From: a bacterium
GTDB taxonomy: Bacteria > Synergistota > GBS-1
Length of the DNA: 64,000 nucleotides
Direction: 5' to 3'
NCBI GenBank assembly: GCA_030153785.1
Contig: JASKLF010000001.1
Location: 216,896 to 280,895, forward strand
The translations under genes and the position numbers were made by a program. Numbering within the stretch: the stretch's first letter is position 1; each line of letters opens with the position of its first letter. The notes under the pieces are model-generated. The model was not told the origin of the DNA. It made no database searches and worked only from the letters and a program-made list of their open reading frames with translations. Of this stretch, positions 54,961-64,000 are shown in pieces.

Positions 54961-55500
54961 TTAGCTTTGTTCGGTCTCTAAAGAAACATCCTTTTCTCTT
55001 TTAACCGTTATCTCCTTTTTGCCTAAAAGCTGAAGAGTGTAGTCCACCATCTCAACGAAAGTATAAAAGGCCATTAAAAACGCAGATATTAACATTGCAA
55101 CTTGAGCGTAAATCAGCGGAATTCTCAAAGAGGGCGTATATTCCGGAATCTTCAAAGCCCAAGTTACATACCCCCATGCCCAATCAAGGAAAACTATGGT
55201 CATAATGAAAGTGAAAATGGTTATACCGAGCTTGATCTTCAAAAAGCCTCTTGGACTTTTAACGATGGCATTCAAAACATCAGCCATTATGTGGCTTCTC
55301 TCCCGAGAAGCGTGCGCAGCACCCATGAAGTAAAGCCAACATCCAACGAGGGTTGCAAGCTCCTCAATTCCCATTAAAGGACGAGCAAAAACATATCTTA
55401 ATATAACCTCCGCCATAACAAGGAAGGTGACGGTTAAGGAAACCACCACCAAAACAGTTTGCTCCGCCCTCTCAAGGAATTTCCAAATAAATAGACCCAT
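54961..55500 (-). CDS. dctQ: TRAP transporter small permease DctQ
   Basis: 179 aa, 4-TM, located upstream of dctM. Confidence 0.8.
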   Translation of the reverse strand: MGLFIWKFLERAEQTVLVVVSLTVTFLVMAEVILRYVFARPLMGIEELATLVGCWLYFMGAAHASRERSHIMADVLNAIVKSPRGFLKIKLGITIFTFIMTIVFLDWAWGYVTWALKIPEYTPSLRIPLIYAQVAMLISAFLMAFYTFVEMVDYTLQLLGKKEITVKREKDVSLETEQS

Positions 55501-55605
55501 CCCTCCTACCTCCCATCTCTCTTATAGCATAAAGGAAGCATATGTGTAACCAAATCTAAAAGCCATTATACCAAAAAACAATAGAGGAGACAAAGTTTTC
55601 GAAAG

Positions 55606-56889
55606 TCACTTTGGGAAAATTAATGTAAACTTGCTACCCTTACCCAATTCGCTTTCTACTTCAACAATTCCCCCATGCAAGGAGACTATTTCTTTAACAA
55701 TGCTTAATCCCAGTCCCACTCCTCCTACCCTCTTAGAGCGGGATTTATCAACCACATAAAACTTCTCAAAAATATACGGTATATGTTCTTTGGGAATACC
55801 TATCCCCGTATCTTCAATCACGACCTTTACCCCGTCTTCAAGCTCTTGAGCTCTAATTGTAACGCTTCCGCCATCTACGTTATAATTTATAGCGTTATCA
55901 AGCAAATTCAAAAGGGCGCTTTCAATAAGCGCCCTTTCTCCCATCATAATCAGGTCTTCTTGAGACAACCTCACATCTATACGAATCCTTTTCCTCTTCG
56001 CCTTCTCTTCTACAATAGGTAGAAGGCCAGAAAGAAGCTCGCTTAATTTTATGGATTCTTTAGATATCCTCCTTCTTTTCAACCCTTGAAGGGCAAGAAT
56101 TTTAGAAACTACATCATTCAGCCTTTCTGCATTCCTAACTATAAGAGAAAGCAGCTTATTCTCTCCGATTTCTCCCTCCAAAGTTTCAGCCGCTCCCTTC
56201 ATAGCGGCAAGGGGAGTCTTTATTTCATGAGCTATGCTCGATATCAACTCTGACTCTCTTTCTTCCAATTGCACTTCCTGCGTAATCTCCTTAAGGACCA
56301 CTAAAATCTTCCCTCCAGAGAATACTCCCTTCCCCAAGAAAATTCTATTACCAAAGGATATCTTAAAACTATCCGCTTTCCCTTTATCCTTAATTACATC
56401 AAAAAACTCCAAGAGGTCTTTGTTATTAGAAAACTGCCAGTACCATTTCCCCTTAACCTTTCTACCATCACTCTCTCCAAAAAGTGAAAGAAAAGGAGAA
56501 TTAGCCTCTATTAACCTTCCAATCTCATCAAAGAAGGCAACAGGGACCTCCACAAGACAAAGCAACCCGCTAAGCCTTTCTTTATATTCAAAGCTCCCTT
56601 TAGACAAAAGTTCAAGGTAACGGGCAAGCTCGTTAAGTTCACCAACCGCCTTTCCCACTTCATCATTGCTATCTACAAAAGCCCTAATCCTATAATCTCC
56701 CACCTTTAAGCGGGAAAGAAGATAACCGAGGTATTTAATCCTGACCTCAACTCTATGAACGAGAAGATAAAAAAGGAAGGGTATAGATATTAAACAGCAA
56801 AACCTCAACCAGAGGGAGTCTACACTGAAGGAGATAAGAAGGAAGAAAACAGAAAAAACCAAGAAAATGAGCTTATCCCTAAAGCTCAA
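55606..56889 (-). CDS. sensor histidine kinase (PhoR-like: 2 TM + PAS + HisKA + HATPase)
   Basis: It has an H-box (SSIAHEIKTPLAAMKGAAETL) and an N/G1/G2 ATPase box (GGVGLGLSIVKEIVSLHGG). Confidence 0.85.
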   Translation of the reverse strand: MSFRDKLIFLVFSVFFLLISFSVDSLWLRFCCLISIPFLFYLLVHRVEVRIKYLGYLLSRLKVGDYRIRAFVDSNDEVGKAVGELNELARYLELLSKGSFEYKERLSGLLCLVEVPVAFFDEIGRLIEANSPFLSLFGESDGRKVKGKWYWQFSNNKDLLEFFDVIKDKGKADSFKISFGNRIFLGKGVFSGGKILVVLKEITQEVQLEERESELISSIAHEIKTPLAAMKGAAETLEGEIGENKLLSLIVRNAERLNDVVSKILALQGLKRRRISKESIKLSELLSGLLPIVEEKAKRKRIRIDVRLSQEDLIMMGERALIESALLNLLDNAINYNVDGGSVTIRAQELEDGVKVVIEDTGIGIPKEHIPYIFEKFYVVDKSRSKRVGGVGLGLSIVKEIVSLHGGIVEVESELGKGSKFTLIFPK

Positions 56890-57559
56890 ACTTGTAACCT
56901 ACCCCACGGACAGACCTAATCAAACTACCAAATCTTCCAAGTTTTCTTCTTAATCCGCTCACGTGAACATCAATAGTCCTATCGACCACGAATCTTCCTC
57001 CCCAAAACCTTTCAAGAAGCTCCTCTCTTGAAAAAACCTTACCCGGATTCTGAACAAATATGGAAAGGAGTCTAAACTCAACAGGAGTTAGGTCTATCTT
57101 TTCTCCCTCCAAAAGAGCCTCCATCTTTTCAAGGTCTACGAGAATCGGCCCCGCTTTTAGCATTGCAGTCCTTTCTTCCCTTAAACCCGACCTTCTAAGT
57201 AAGGCCCTAACCCGAGCCACAAGCTCTCGAGGGCTAAAGGGTTTGGTAAGATAATCATCAGCACCAAGCTCCAGTCCGACAACCTTATCGGTTTCAGAGT
57301 CCTTAACGCTTAAGAACAACACCGGTATACGAGAAAACCTGTAATTGTTTTTTAGGAACCTACATATCTCCAATCCATCAACGCCGGGCAAAAGAATATC
57401 CAGAATAACAAGGTCAGGATAAAAGTTATCAAGGGAAGACAAAAAGCTCTCTCCATCATTGAAAACCCTAACCTCGAAATTTTCCTTAACCAGATTATAA
57501 GATACAAGCTCGGCAATATCCTCTTCATCCTCGACTATTGCTATAACCCTTTTTACCAT
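56879..57559 (-). CDS. OmpR/PhoB family response regulator
   Basis: It has a receiver domain (DDYLTKPF) plus a winged-helix trans_reg_C domain (RVDVHVSGLRRKL...GVGYKF). Confidence 0.9.
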   Translation of the reverse strand: MVKRVIAIVEDEEDIAELVSYNLVKENFEVRVFNDGESFLSSLDNFYPDLVILDILLPGVDGLEICRFLKNNYRFSRIPVLFLSVKDSETDKVVGLELGADDYLTKPFSPRELVARVRALLRRSGLREERTAMLKAGPILVDLEKMEALLEGEKIDLTPVEFRLLSIFVQNPGKVFSREELLERFWGGRFVVDRTIDVHVSGLRRKLGRFGSLIRSVRGVGYKFEL

Positions 57560-57563
57560 CCTG

Positions 57564-58871
57564 CTAATGCTCCTTCATCACAAACCTTAAAGGAGTTCCC
57601 TCAAAACCAAAGGTTTCCCTCAATCTGTTCTCCAAGTAAGAGAGATAGCTTTTCTTCAACAATTCCTTAGAGTTAATAGAAAGTTCAAAAAGGGGTGGAG
57701 CCTCTCCTTTCTGAGAAACGAAGTATATCTTTAATTTTCTTCCCCTCCTGTCCGATGGAGGAGGAGAAAAATAAAGGGCTTCCCTTATAGCCCTGTTAAG
57801 CTGAGAGGTAGGAACCCTCATCCTCCAATTGGCATAAACCCTATCTATGGCTGGAAAAATCTCTTCAACGTTATAGCCAGTCTTAGCTGATATAAATAAA
57901 ACAGGAGCGTAGTTCACGAAGTAAAACTCCTTCATAAGAAAATCTTTAAAAAGGTTAGGGTCAAAACCAGGCAAGAGATCCACCTTATTAACAGCTATAA
58001 TTATGGCTCTCCCCCTTTCCTCTATCATCCCAGCTATCCTTTTATCCTGCATCGTTGCCGGCTCAAGGGCGTCAAGCACAAGGATAGCTACATCACTTTT
58101 CTCCAAAGACCTGATACACCTCAAAGTGCTATAGTATTCTACACTTTCCTTAATCCTCGACTTTCTGCGAAGACCAGCAGTATCGATAAAAAGATAATCT
58201 CTTCCCTTGTATCTAACAAGGCTATCTACAGAATCCCTTGTAGTTCCGGGCTTTTCACTAACCAACGCCCTTTCCTCGCCAGCAAAAAGATTGAGCAAAG
58301 AAGATTTCCCAACATTAGGCCTTCCTACAATAGTAACCCTTATTACGCCTTCATCTATCTTTTCCTCCTCTTCCTCGGGCAAAACAGAGATAACCTTATC
58401 GAGAAGTTCATCTAGATTTCGTTTGGATTCAGCAGATACGGGAATAACATCCTCTATCCCAAGTGCATAAAAATCCGATACAAGCTTCTCATGTTTAGCT
58501 TCATCTATCTTATTAACTACGAGAATTACCTTCTTATTCATTCTTCTCACAACTTCGGCTATCTCTTCATCGGCCGGTAAAAGTCCGCTTCTTCCATCAA
58601 CGACAAGAAGAATTAGATCAGCCTCTTTCATTGCCCTCAAAACCTGTTCCCTAACCCCTTCCCATATGGGGTCTTTTTCACCGGAAACGAAACCTCCCGT
58701 ATCAACCAACCAAAACTTCCTACCCACCCACTCCCCAATCCCATATATCCTGTCACGGGTAATACCGGGCACATCAGCCACGATAGCCTTTCTTTGCCCT
58801 ATTATCCTGTTAAACAAGGTAGATTTACCCACATTAGGCCTTCCAACTATGGCGACAACCGGCAAAGACAT
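57564..58871 (-). CDS. der: ribosome-associated GTPase Der/EngA
   Basis: It has two tandem G domains (GRPNVGKSTLFN and GRPNVGKSSLLN) plus a KH-like C-terminus. Confidence 0.9.
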   Translation of the reverse strand: MSLPVVAIVGRPNVGKSTLFNRIIGQRKAIVADVPGITRDRIYGIGEWVGRKFWLVDTGGFVSGEKDPIWEGVREQVLRAMKEADLILLVVDGRSGLLPADEEIAEVVRRMNKKVILVVNKIDEAKHEKLVSDFYALGIEDVIPVSAESKRNLDELLDKVISVLPEEEEEKIDEGVIRVTIVGRPNVGKSSLLNLFAGEERALVSEKPGTTRDSVDSLVRYKGRDYLFIDTAGLRRKSRIKESVEYYSTLRCIRSLEKSDVAILVLDALEPATMQDKRIAGMIEERGRAIIIAVNKVDLLPGFDPNLFKDFLMKEFYFVNYAPVLFISAKTGYNVEEIFPAIDRVYANWRMRVPTSQLNRAIREALYFSPPPSDRRGRKLKIYFVSQKGEAPPLFELSINSKELLKKSYLSYLENRLRETFGFEGTPLRFVMKEH

Positions 58872-58877
58872 CTTAAG

Positions 58878-60656
58878 CTACACCTCCACAGGGTCAATAA
58901 CCAAAGAAAGCCCGTCGGAAACTTTAATCTTGCCATCCTCTAAAAACTTCCAAAGCTCTTCCTGGAGCTTTCCCTTTTTGCCTTTGATCACCAAAGATAG
59001 AGAAATTTTCCCGCCACCCACAAACTTCTTGATAGGCCCTAAAACTTCCAAAGAAGAACCTTCTTCAATTTGCTCCTTAATATATTTTATCTTCTTTCTC
59101 AAAGAAACTTCCTTCTTCCCCTCAACGGAAATCAGAGCCATAGAATACAACGGCGGATAACGAAGTTCCTCTCTCTTTTTCAATTCTTCCTGAAAGAATC
59201 TCTTCCACGAGCCCTCCACAAAAACTTTAAAAACAGGATGCTCGGGAACGTAGGTCTGAATAAAAATCTCCTTAGGAGAAAAATCGGCAACCGAGTAAAT
59301 CAATCTCAAAGTATCCTCCTCTCCTCTATAACTGGGCACGTATAAAGATATGTCCGCCAACACGATGCAAGCTAAAGAAACATCTTTCATCAATTTAGGT
59401 TGAAGGACAGCCTGAGTGCCAAGAATAACCAAAGAAACCTCTTTATCCTCTTTTTTCTCTGCATCCCAAACTTCTACGCTTTCTCCAAGCTTTTCCTCCA
59501 ATAGAAGTTTGGCTTGCTCTATTCCAGGAGACCCTACCTTGAAGAAAATCCCTCCACAGTTAAAGCACTTGTCAAAAAAGGGCTTCTCATAACCACAATA
59601 AGAACATCTCAGTTTGTTTCCATCCCTGTGAAAAGACAAAGGAACATCACAATTGGGACATTTAGGAACATAACCACATTCACCGCATTTTAAATAAGAA
59701 GCATAGGCCTTTCTGTTTAACAAAAGAACACTTCTTCTCCTATTTTTCAAATTAGCTTTAACCTTGTTAAACACAGAGAGCGATAAAAGGGCCTTCTTCT
59801 TACTCCTCCTCAGGTCAACCACAACAAGCTTCGGAGATTTGTAAGGAAGCTCTTCAAGCTCCCAACCCTCGCTTAGTTTTACATAAGCTTCAAGGCTGGG
59901 GAATAAGCCCCCCAAAATTACAGAAAAGCTTTCGATCCTCCTTCTTAAAAGAACCGCCTCCCTAGAGTGGATATAAGGAGGTGAAAGTCTTCTTAAGTAA
60001 GGGCTTCCCTCATCATCCACAATTACAAGCCCCAAGTCCCTTACAGGAAGAAAGGCCAAAGAAGAAGTTCCCACAAAAAGGGCTTTCCCCTCTCTCCTCG
60101 CAGCTTCCCAAGCCTTCTTCCTTTCCCCTCTTTTCATCTCGCTGAACCAAAGATAGGTCTCTTCAAAAGATAACCTTGAGGCCCAATCCTCCACATCCTC
60201 AACCTGAGGCACAACAAGTAGCACCTTTTCTCCCCTCTTAAAAAACTCGGAAATAATATCTTTATAAAAAGCGAATCGAGATTCTCTCAGCCCCACAACT
60301 ACTTTATTAAACACGTCACTTTCTGCATATCTGAGCCCCAGCTCGCCGAAGGAGGGAAGATAGTTATACGGGAAAAGAAGCTTCAGAGTCATCCCAAGGG
60401 GATAACAATACTCAAAGGAAAGTAACCTGGCAAATGCTAAGAAAGAAGATGGTAACGGAGGAACATCGTCAATGATTTCCTTGATCGTTTTAAGACCAGA
60501 AGGCTCTCCCTTCCTGGCAGATAATACCCATCCTTTCGAAACGCTTTTACCCACAGGAACCTTAACCCTTAAGCCAACATCAACCTTACGGGGAGAAAAA
60601 TAAGAAAGGCAATAAAACAACGGCCGCTCAATAGCAACGTCCAATACGTATCCCAT
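58878..60656 (-). CDS. priA: primosomal protein N' (PriA)-like with intact Zn-binding CxxC clusters but degenerate Walker A/B
   Basis: It has a 3'BD-like N-terminus. The position equivalent to GVTGSGKT reads GLRESRFA, and DEEH reads DDEG. CGECGYVPKCPNCD...CSYCGY...CFNCGG is intact. Confidence 0.7.
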   Translation of the reverse strand: MGYVLDVAIERPLFYCLSYFSPRKVDVGLRVKVPVGKSVSKGWVLSARKGEPSGLKTIKEIIDDVPPLPSSFLAFARLLSFEYCYPLGMTLKLLFPYNYLPSFGELGLRYAESDVFNKVVVGLRESRFAFYKDIISEFFKRGEKVLLVVPQVEDVEDWASRLSFEETYLWFSEMKRGERKKAWEAARREGKALFVGTSSLAFLPVRDLGLVIVDDEGSPYLRRLSPPYIHSREAVLLRRRIESFSVILGGLFPSLEAYVKLSEGWELEELPYKSPKLVVVDLRRSKKKALLSLSVFNKVKANLKNRRRSVLLLNRKAYASYLKCGECGYVPKCPNCDVPLSFHRDGNKLRCSYCGYEKPFFDKCFNCGGIFFKVGSPGIEQAKLLLEEKLGESVEVWDAEKKEDKEVSLVILGTQAVLQPKLMKDVSLACIVLADISLYVPSYRGEEDTLRLIYSVADFSPKEIFIQTYVPEHPVFKVFVEGSWKRFFQEELKKREELRYPPLYSMALISVEGKKEVSLRKKIKYIKEQIEEGSSLEVLGPIKKFVGGGKISLSLVIKGKKGKLQEELWKFLEDGKIKVSDGLSLVIDPVEV

Positions 60657-61839
60657 TGGCCTCTTTAAGTATCTCCTCTGCTACCTTCTTCTTGTGAAGC
60701 CTTGGCAAAAACCGCACAGCTCCCGATGGATATACAAATGCAACTTCGTTCTCTTCTCCTCCAAAACCTACACTTGCCTCATTCACCACGATAAAATCGG
60801 CACCCTTTTCCTTAAGTTTCTTATAAGCATTCTTAAATATATCTTCCGTCTCAAGGGCGAAACCCACCAATACCTGTTCCTGTCTCTTTCTTCTTCCAAG
60901 CTCGAGGAGGATATCAGGGTTTTTAGCAAGCTCTATCGTAAGCTGAGATAGCCCCTCCTTTTTTATCTTTGAAGAAGATGTAAAGGAAGGTTTAAAATCT
61001 GAAACTGCAGCAGACTTAACCGTTATGTGGGCTTCCGGGAAAAGCTCCAAAACCGTATCGAACATCTCGGAAGTCGTTTCCACTTTATATAACTTAACTC
61101 CCACGGGTGGAGCGAGATTGACAGGCCCACTTACCAAATCTACATGAGCTCCCATCAAGCTTGCTACATAAGCAACTGAATAGCCCATCTTCCCACTTGA
61201 CGGATTTGAGATATACCTTACAGGATCTATCCATTCTCTCGTTGGGCCTGCAGTAACCAAAACCCTTAAGCCAGAAAGAGATTTAGGCTGATAAATGGCC
61301 TTTTCAGCCATATAAAAGGCTACCTGAGGATCAACAAGTCTTCCTCTTCCCGTCTCACCACACGCCAAAAAACCTTCCTCAGGTTCAATTATTACAGCCT
61401 CATCTTTTATCAGCTTTAAAGCCCTCCTTAAGCCTGCACTCTCATACATACGCCAGTTCATCGCCGGTGCGATTATCTTCGGCCCCTTAAAGGCCATGTA
61501 AACCGTTTCAAGAAGGCCATCGGCTCTGCCAAAAGCAACGGAGGATATAAAATCGGCAGAAGCAGGGTAAACTATCAGGAGGTCTGCCCACGATGCAAGG
61601 TCTATGTGGGGAACTCCTCCAGCAAAATACTCGTAAGGAGAATAAACTTTCTGAGCGAAGGGAGAAAAAGAAAGGGGAGTAATAAACTCCATTGCCCCCT
61701 CGCTCAGAACGACGCGGACATTTGCTCCTCCATCTTGAAAGAGCCTTAAAAGCTCTACACCCTTATAGGCCGATATACTACCTGTAACACCAAGAACTAT
61801 ATTCTTTCCTTGGAGAAAGCTTTTGAAGGCAACTCCCAC
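60628..61839 (-). CDS. coaBC: bifunctional phosphopantothenoylcysteine decarboxylase/phosphopantothenate-cysteine ligase
   Basis: It has an N-terminal flavoprotein domain (ILGVTGSISAYKG) and a C-terminal CoaB domain (TAGPTREWIDPVRYISNPSSGKMG). Confidence 0.9.
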   Translation of the reverse strand: MGVAFKSFLQGKNIVLGVTGSISAYKGVELLRLFQDGGANVRVVLSEGAMEFITPLSFSPFAQKVYSPYEYFAGGVPHIDLASWADLLIVYPASADFISSVAFGRADGLLETVYMAFKGPKIIAPAMNWRMYESAGLRRALKLIKDEAVIIEPEEGFLACGETGRGRLVDPQVAFYMAEKAIYQPKSLSGLRVLVTAGPTREWIDPVRYISNPSSGKMGYSVAYVASLMGAHVDLVSGPVNLAPPVGVKLYKVETTSEMFDTVLELFPEAHITVKSAAVSDFKPSFTSSSKIKKEGLSQLTIELAKNPDILLELGRRKRQEQVLVGFALETEDIFKNAYKKLKEKGADFIVVNEASVGFGGEENEVAFVYPSGAVRFLPRLHKKKVAEEILKEANGIRIGRCY

Positions 61840-62024
61840 TCTATCAACCCCCGATCAAGCTCCTTTAAAGCGATGGATATGGGCTTAAGCGGTTCTACGC
61901 TTAATACCTTCCTTGAAGGGTCACTTCCTATCGCCCTTGCCCTCTTTGCAATTATCATCGTCAAAAGATAGCGGGTGCTTATGTTCCTCTTTTTCATCAA
62001 ATCCTCTATCGTCGGATAAAACAT
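61797..62024 (-). CDS. rpoZ: DNA-directed RNA polymerase subunit omega
   Basis: It reads [32 protein letters not shown], which fits the RpoZ/YloH pattern. There is a strong SD (GGAGGTGAGGGGGAGA) before the ATG at 62024. Confidence 0.7.
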   Translation of the reverse strand: MFYPTIEDLMKKRNISTRYLLTMIIAKRARAIGSDPSRKVLSVEPLKPISIALKELDRGLIEWELPSKAFSKERI

Positions 62025-62622
62025 TCTCCCCCTCACCTCCCGAAAGACCTATTTCCCTTTTAACTATCTCTATCAATTCGGAAGATGCCCTATCTACGTC
62101 ATCATTAATAACAGCATAATCATAGAGCTCCCTTTTATCAAGCTCCCAAGAGGCATTCCTCAATCTTATTTCAAGCTCCTCCGGTGTCTCCGTTCCTCTT
62201 CCCTTTAACCTTGAAGCCAGCTCCTCCTTCGAAGGAGGAAGAATGAAAATCAGAACAGCCTCAGGAAACCTTTCCTTTACCTGTAAAGCACCCTGAACAT
62301 CGATTTCAAGAACCACGCTTTTCCCTTGATTTAACTTTTCCTCAACAAAGCCTTTCGGAGTTCCATATAGATTGCCATGGACCTCCGCCCATTCAAGAAG
62401 CTCTCCGTTATCTCTCATCTTCTCAAACTCCTCTTGGGTTATGAAAAAATAGTCCACCCCATTTACTTCCCCCGCCCTCGGCTTACGCGTGGTCACGGAA
62501 ACCGAATAGATTAGATTCGGCATTGCCTTAAAAAGCTCCCTTCTTAACGTTCCTTTGCCAGCTCCCGAAGGACCAGAGATAACGAAAAGCTTCCCTCTAT
62601 TCCTCTTCATCCTCCCTCCCAC
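61921..62622 (-). CDS. gmk: guanylate kinase (with unusual acidic C-terminal extension overlapping rpoZ)
   Basis: It has a P-loop ([12 protein letters not shown]) and the Gmk fold. The ORF runs about 35 codons beyond the usual C-terminus. Confidence 0.85.
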   Translation of the reverse strand: MGGRMKRNRGKLFVISGPSGAGKGTLRRELFKAMPNLIYSVSVTTRKPRAGEVNGVDYFFITQEEFEKMRDNGELLEWAEVHGNLYGTPKGFVEEKLNQGKSVVLEIDVQGALQVKERFPEAVLIFILPPSKEELASRLKGRGTETPEELEIRLRNASWELDKRELYDYAVINDDVDRASSELIEIVKREIGLSGGEGENVLSDDRGFDEKEEHKHPLSFDDDNCKEGKGDRK

Positions 62623-62875
62623 TTTCTTCTATCAATCGATTTGCAACGGTTTCAGGTTGAATAGCGGAAAGAATTATATGGTCGCTATCGGTTATTATAA
62701 CCGCCCTCGTTCTCCTCCCACAGGTCGCATCTATAAGCTTTCCCTTTTCACGGGCAGCCTCTTTCATACGCTTTATAGGAGCAGAGCCAGGACTGACAAT
62801 TGCAACTATTCTATTAGCAACAACGACATTGCCAAACCCCACATTTATAAGCTTTAATCCCATAAAAGAGATCAC
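62597..62875 (-). CDS. remA: DUF370 / RemA family protein
   Basis: It reads [65 protein letters not shown]. Confidence 0.8.
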   Translation of the reverse strand: MISFMGLKLINVGFGNVVVANRIVAIVSPGSAPIKRMKEAAREKGKLIDATCGRRTRAVIITDSDHIILSAIQPETVANRLIEESGREDEEE

Positions 62876-62876
62876 C

Positions 62877-63743
62877 TCACTCTATATTTTGAACCTGTTC
62901 CCTTATTTTCTCAAGCTCGGCCTTTATCTCCACCACAAGCCTCGAGATCTCCACCTCTCCTGACTTTGAAGAAAGGGTATTTACCTCCCTCAACATCTCT
63001 TGGATCAGGAAATCCATCTTCCTTCCTACAGGGCTTCCACCCTCTATCATCTTAGAAAACTGGGATAAGTGGCTCTTAAATCTAACGATCTCCTCTGTCG
63101 CATCTTTTCTCTCCTGAAGAAATGCTATCTCCGCTATAAGTCTGTCCTCACTTATAGTAACATCCTGCATTATCTCCTCAACCTTTTCCCTTATTTTCTG
63201 GGGAATAGATTCCCTGAGCTCCAAGCACCTCCTTTCTACCTCCTCCGATAGAGAGAAAAGGAGATCCACGCGTTTCTTAAGGTCCTCAGCCAAGTATGCC
63301 CCCTCTTTCTCTCTCATCTCTATCATATTCCTTAAGGCGGTTTCCAATGCCCTCTCAACTATGGGCCATATTCTATCTACATCCTCAGTAACTTCGGTCA
63401 CCTCAAATAAGTCTGGAAGCTTTAAAAGAAGATCCAGCCTAATTTCGTCCAACAGTTTAAGCTCATCCTTAAGCTCGTTCAACATTTCATAGTAGCGGCG
63501 AGCCAATGGCTTGTTCAAGACTATCTCAGGCATATAGCCTTCCGTATACCGAAAGTTCACAATAACATTAATCTTACCTCTACTTACCTTGCCCTTAAGG
63601 TACTCTTTTATCCGCAGTTCAAGAGCCACGAGATTTTTAGGTAGCTTAACAGATATCTCACAAAAACGATGATTAACAGAAGATATTTCTACTATGCACC
63701 TTAGACCTTCTCCCTCGCTCTCCCCCCTACCATAGCCTGTCAT
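62877..63743 (-). CDS. yicC: YicC/YloC family stress-induced protein
   Basis: It reads [27 protein letters not shown] and has a C-terminal DUF1732 region. The longer ORF reaching 63809 overlaps the hflX 3' end. Confidence 0.85.
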   Translation of the reverse strand: MTGYGRGESEGEGLRCIVEISSVNHRFCEISVKLPKNLVALELRIKEYLKGKVSRGKINVIVNFRYTEGYMPEIVLNKPLARRYYEMLNELKDELKLLDEIRLDLLLKLPDLFEVTEVTEDVDRIWPIVERALETALRNMIEMREKEGAYLAEDLKKRVDLLFSLSEEVERRCLELRESIPQKIREKVEEIMQDVTISEDRLIAEIAFLQERKDATEEIVRFKSHLSQFSKMIEGGSPVGRKMDFLIQEMLREVNTLSSKSGEVEISRLVVEIKAELEKIREQVQNIE

Positions 63744-63759
63744 ACTCAGCAAGGAAGCC

Positions 63760-64000
63760 CTACTTTCCAGAGAAAAACCACCTCTCCATCGCTTGGTATA
63801 GTTCCTCAAGATTATACTTCTTTAACGCGGAAATATAAACTACCTTATCCCCAAATCTATCTCCTATTCTCCTTTTTATTCCTTCCAGCTCTTCCAGCGT
63901 AAGCTTGTCTATCTTGTTAAAAACCATTATGGTAGGCTTATCCAAGCTTTTCAGTCCCTTCAGAACGGTATTGACCGCATCTATTTGATCAAAGAAATTA
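63760..64000 (-). CDS. hflX: GTPase HflX, 3' end only (gene continues beyond window end)
   Basis: The frame is open to the window edge. It reads ...IDAVNTVLKGLKSLDKPTIMVFNKIDKL...VYISALKKYNLEEL, which matches the HflX G4/G5 region and C-terminus. Confidence 0.55.
   Translation of the reverse strand, partial: NFFDQIDAVNTVLKGLKSLDKPTIMVFNKIDKLTLEELEGIKRRIGDRFGDKVVYISALKKYNLEELYQAMERWFFSGK

Overview
This 64 kb window looks like chromosome from a thermophilic, Thermotogae-like bacterium. That assignment is inferred from K/E/I-rich proteins, roughly 43% GC, and an encapsulin/Flp pair and a glutamate dehydrogenase that closely resemble Thermotoga proteins as I remember them. The window is densely coding, mostly on the minus strand, with 4-nt stop/start overlaps throughout. 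Reading from the minus-strand gene starts, the modules are as follows. (1) A MoaD-like / RraA-like aldolase / Ldh_2 dehydrogenase / tungsten AOR / cupin / TRAP DctQ(M) operon. (2) The conserved block ispA-dxs-tlyA-nadK-recN. (3) A secreted protein, an SDR, a DUF362-ferredoxin, pgsA, plsY, a PflX-like radical SAM protein and feoAB. (4) A hexuronate locus: kdgR(IclR)-dctP-dctQM-kdgK-uxuB-uxuA, with divergent uxaC. (5) A split methionine synthase (separate activation-domain gene plus metH), coupled to a cytoplasmic BNR-repeat protein and a Rossmann/MCP chimera. (6) tRNA-Pro(CGG). (7) A tightly coupled operon of five or six signal-peptide proteins, with CsgG-fold, LPP20/FlgP-like, FlgT-like and TPR domains, which is the most interesting candidate for an uncharacterised outer-envelope system. 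(8) tatD-metG-rsmI-trmN6-like, a PAP2 phosphatase and HU. (9) An encapsulin nanocompartment operon (EncFtn/Flp cargo plus shell). (10) An M32 carboxypeptidase, a rhodanese and a half-size TauE. (11) A methyl-accepting chemotaxis protein and pstSCA without pstB. (12) A second TRAP system split by a convergent gdhA. (13) A PhoR/PhoB-like two-component system. (14) der, an ATPase-degenerate priA, coaBC, rpoZ, gmk, remA, yicC and the 3' end of hflX. Four conserved genes (the CsgG-like gene, the MCP, gdhA, and possibly nadK) carry frameshifts, an in-frame stop, or no canonical start. This points to either assembly indel errors or ongoing gene decay. No CRISPR array, transposase or integrase was seen.
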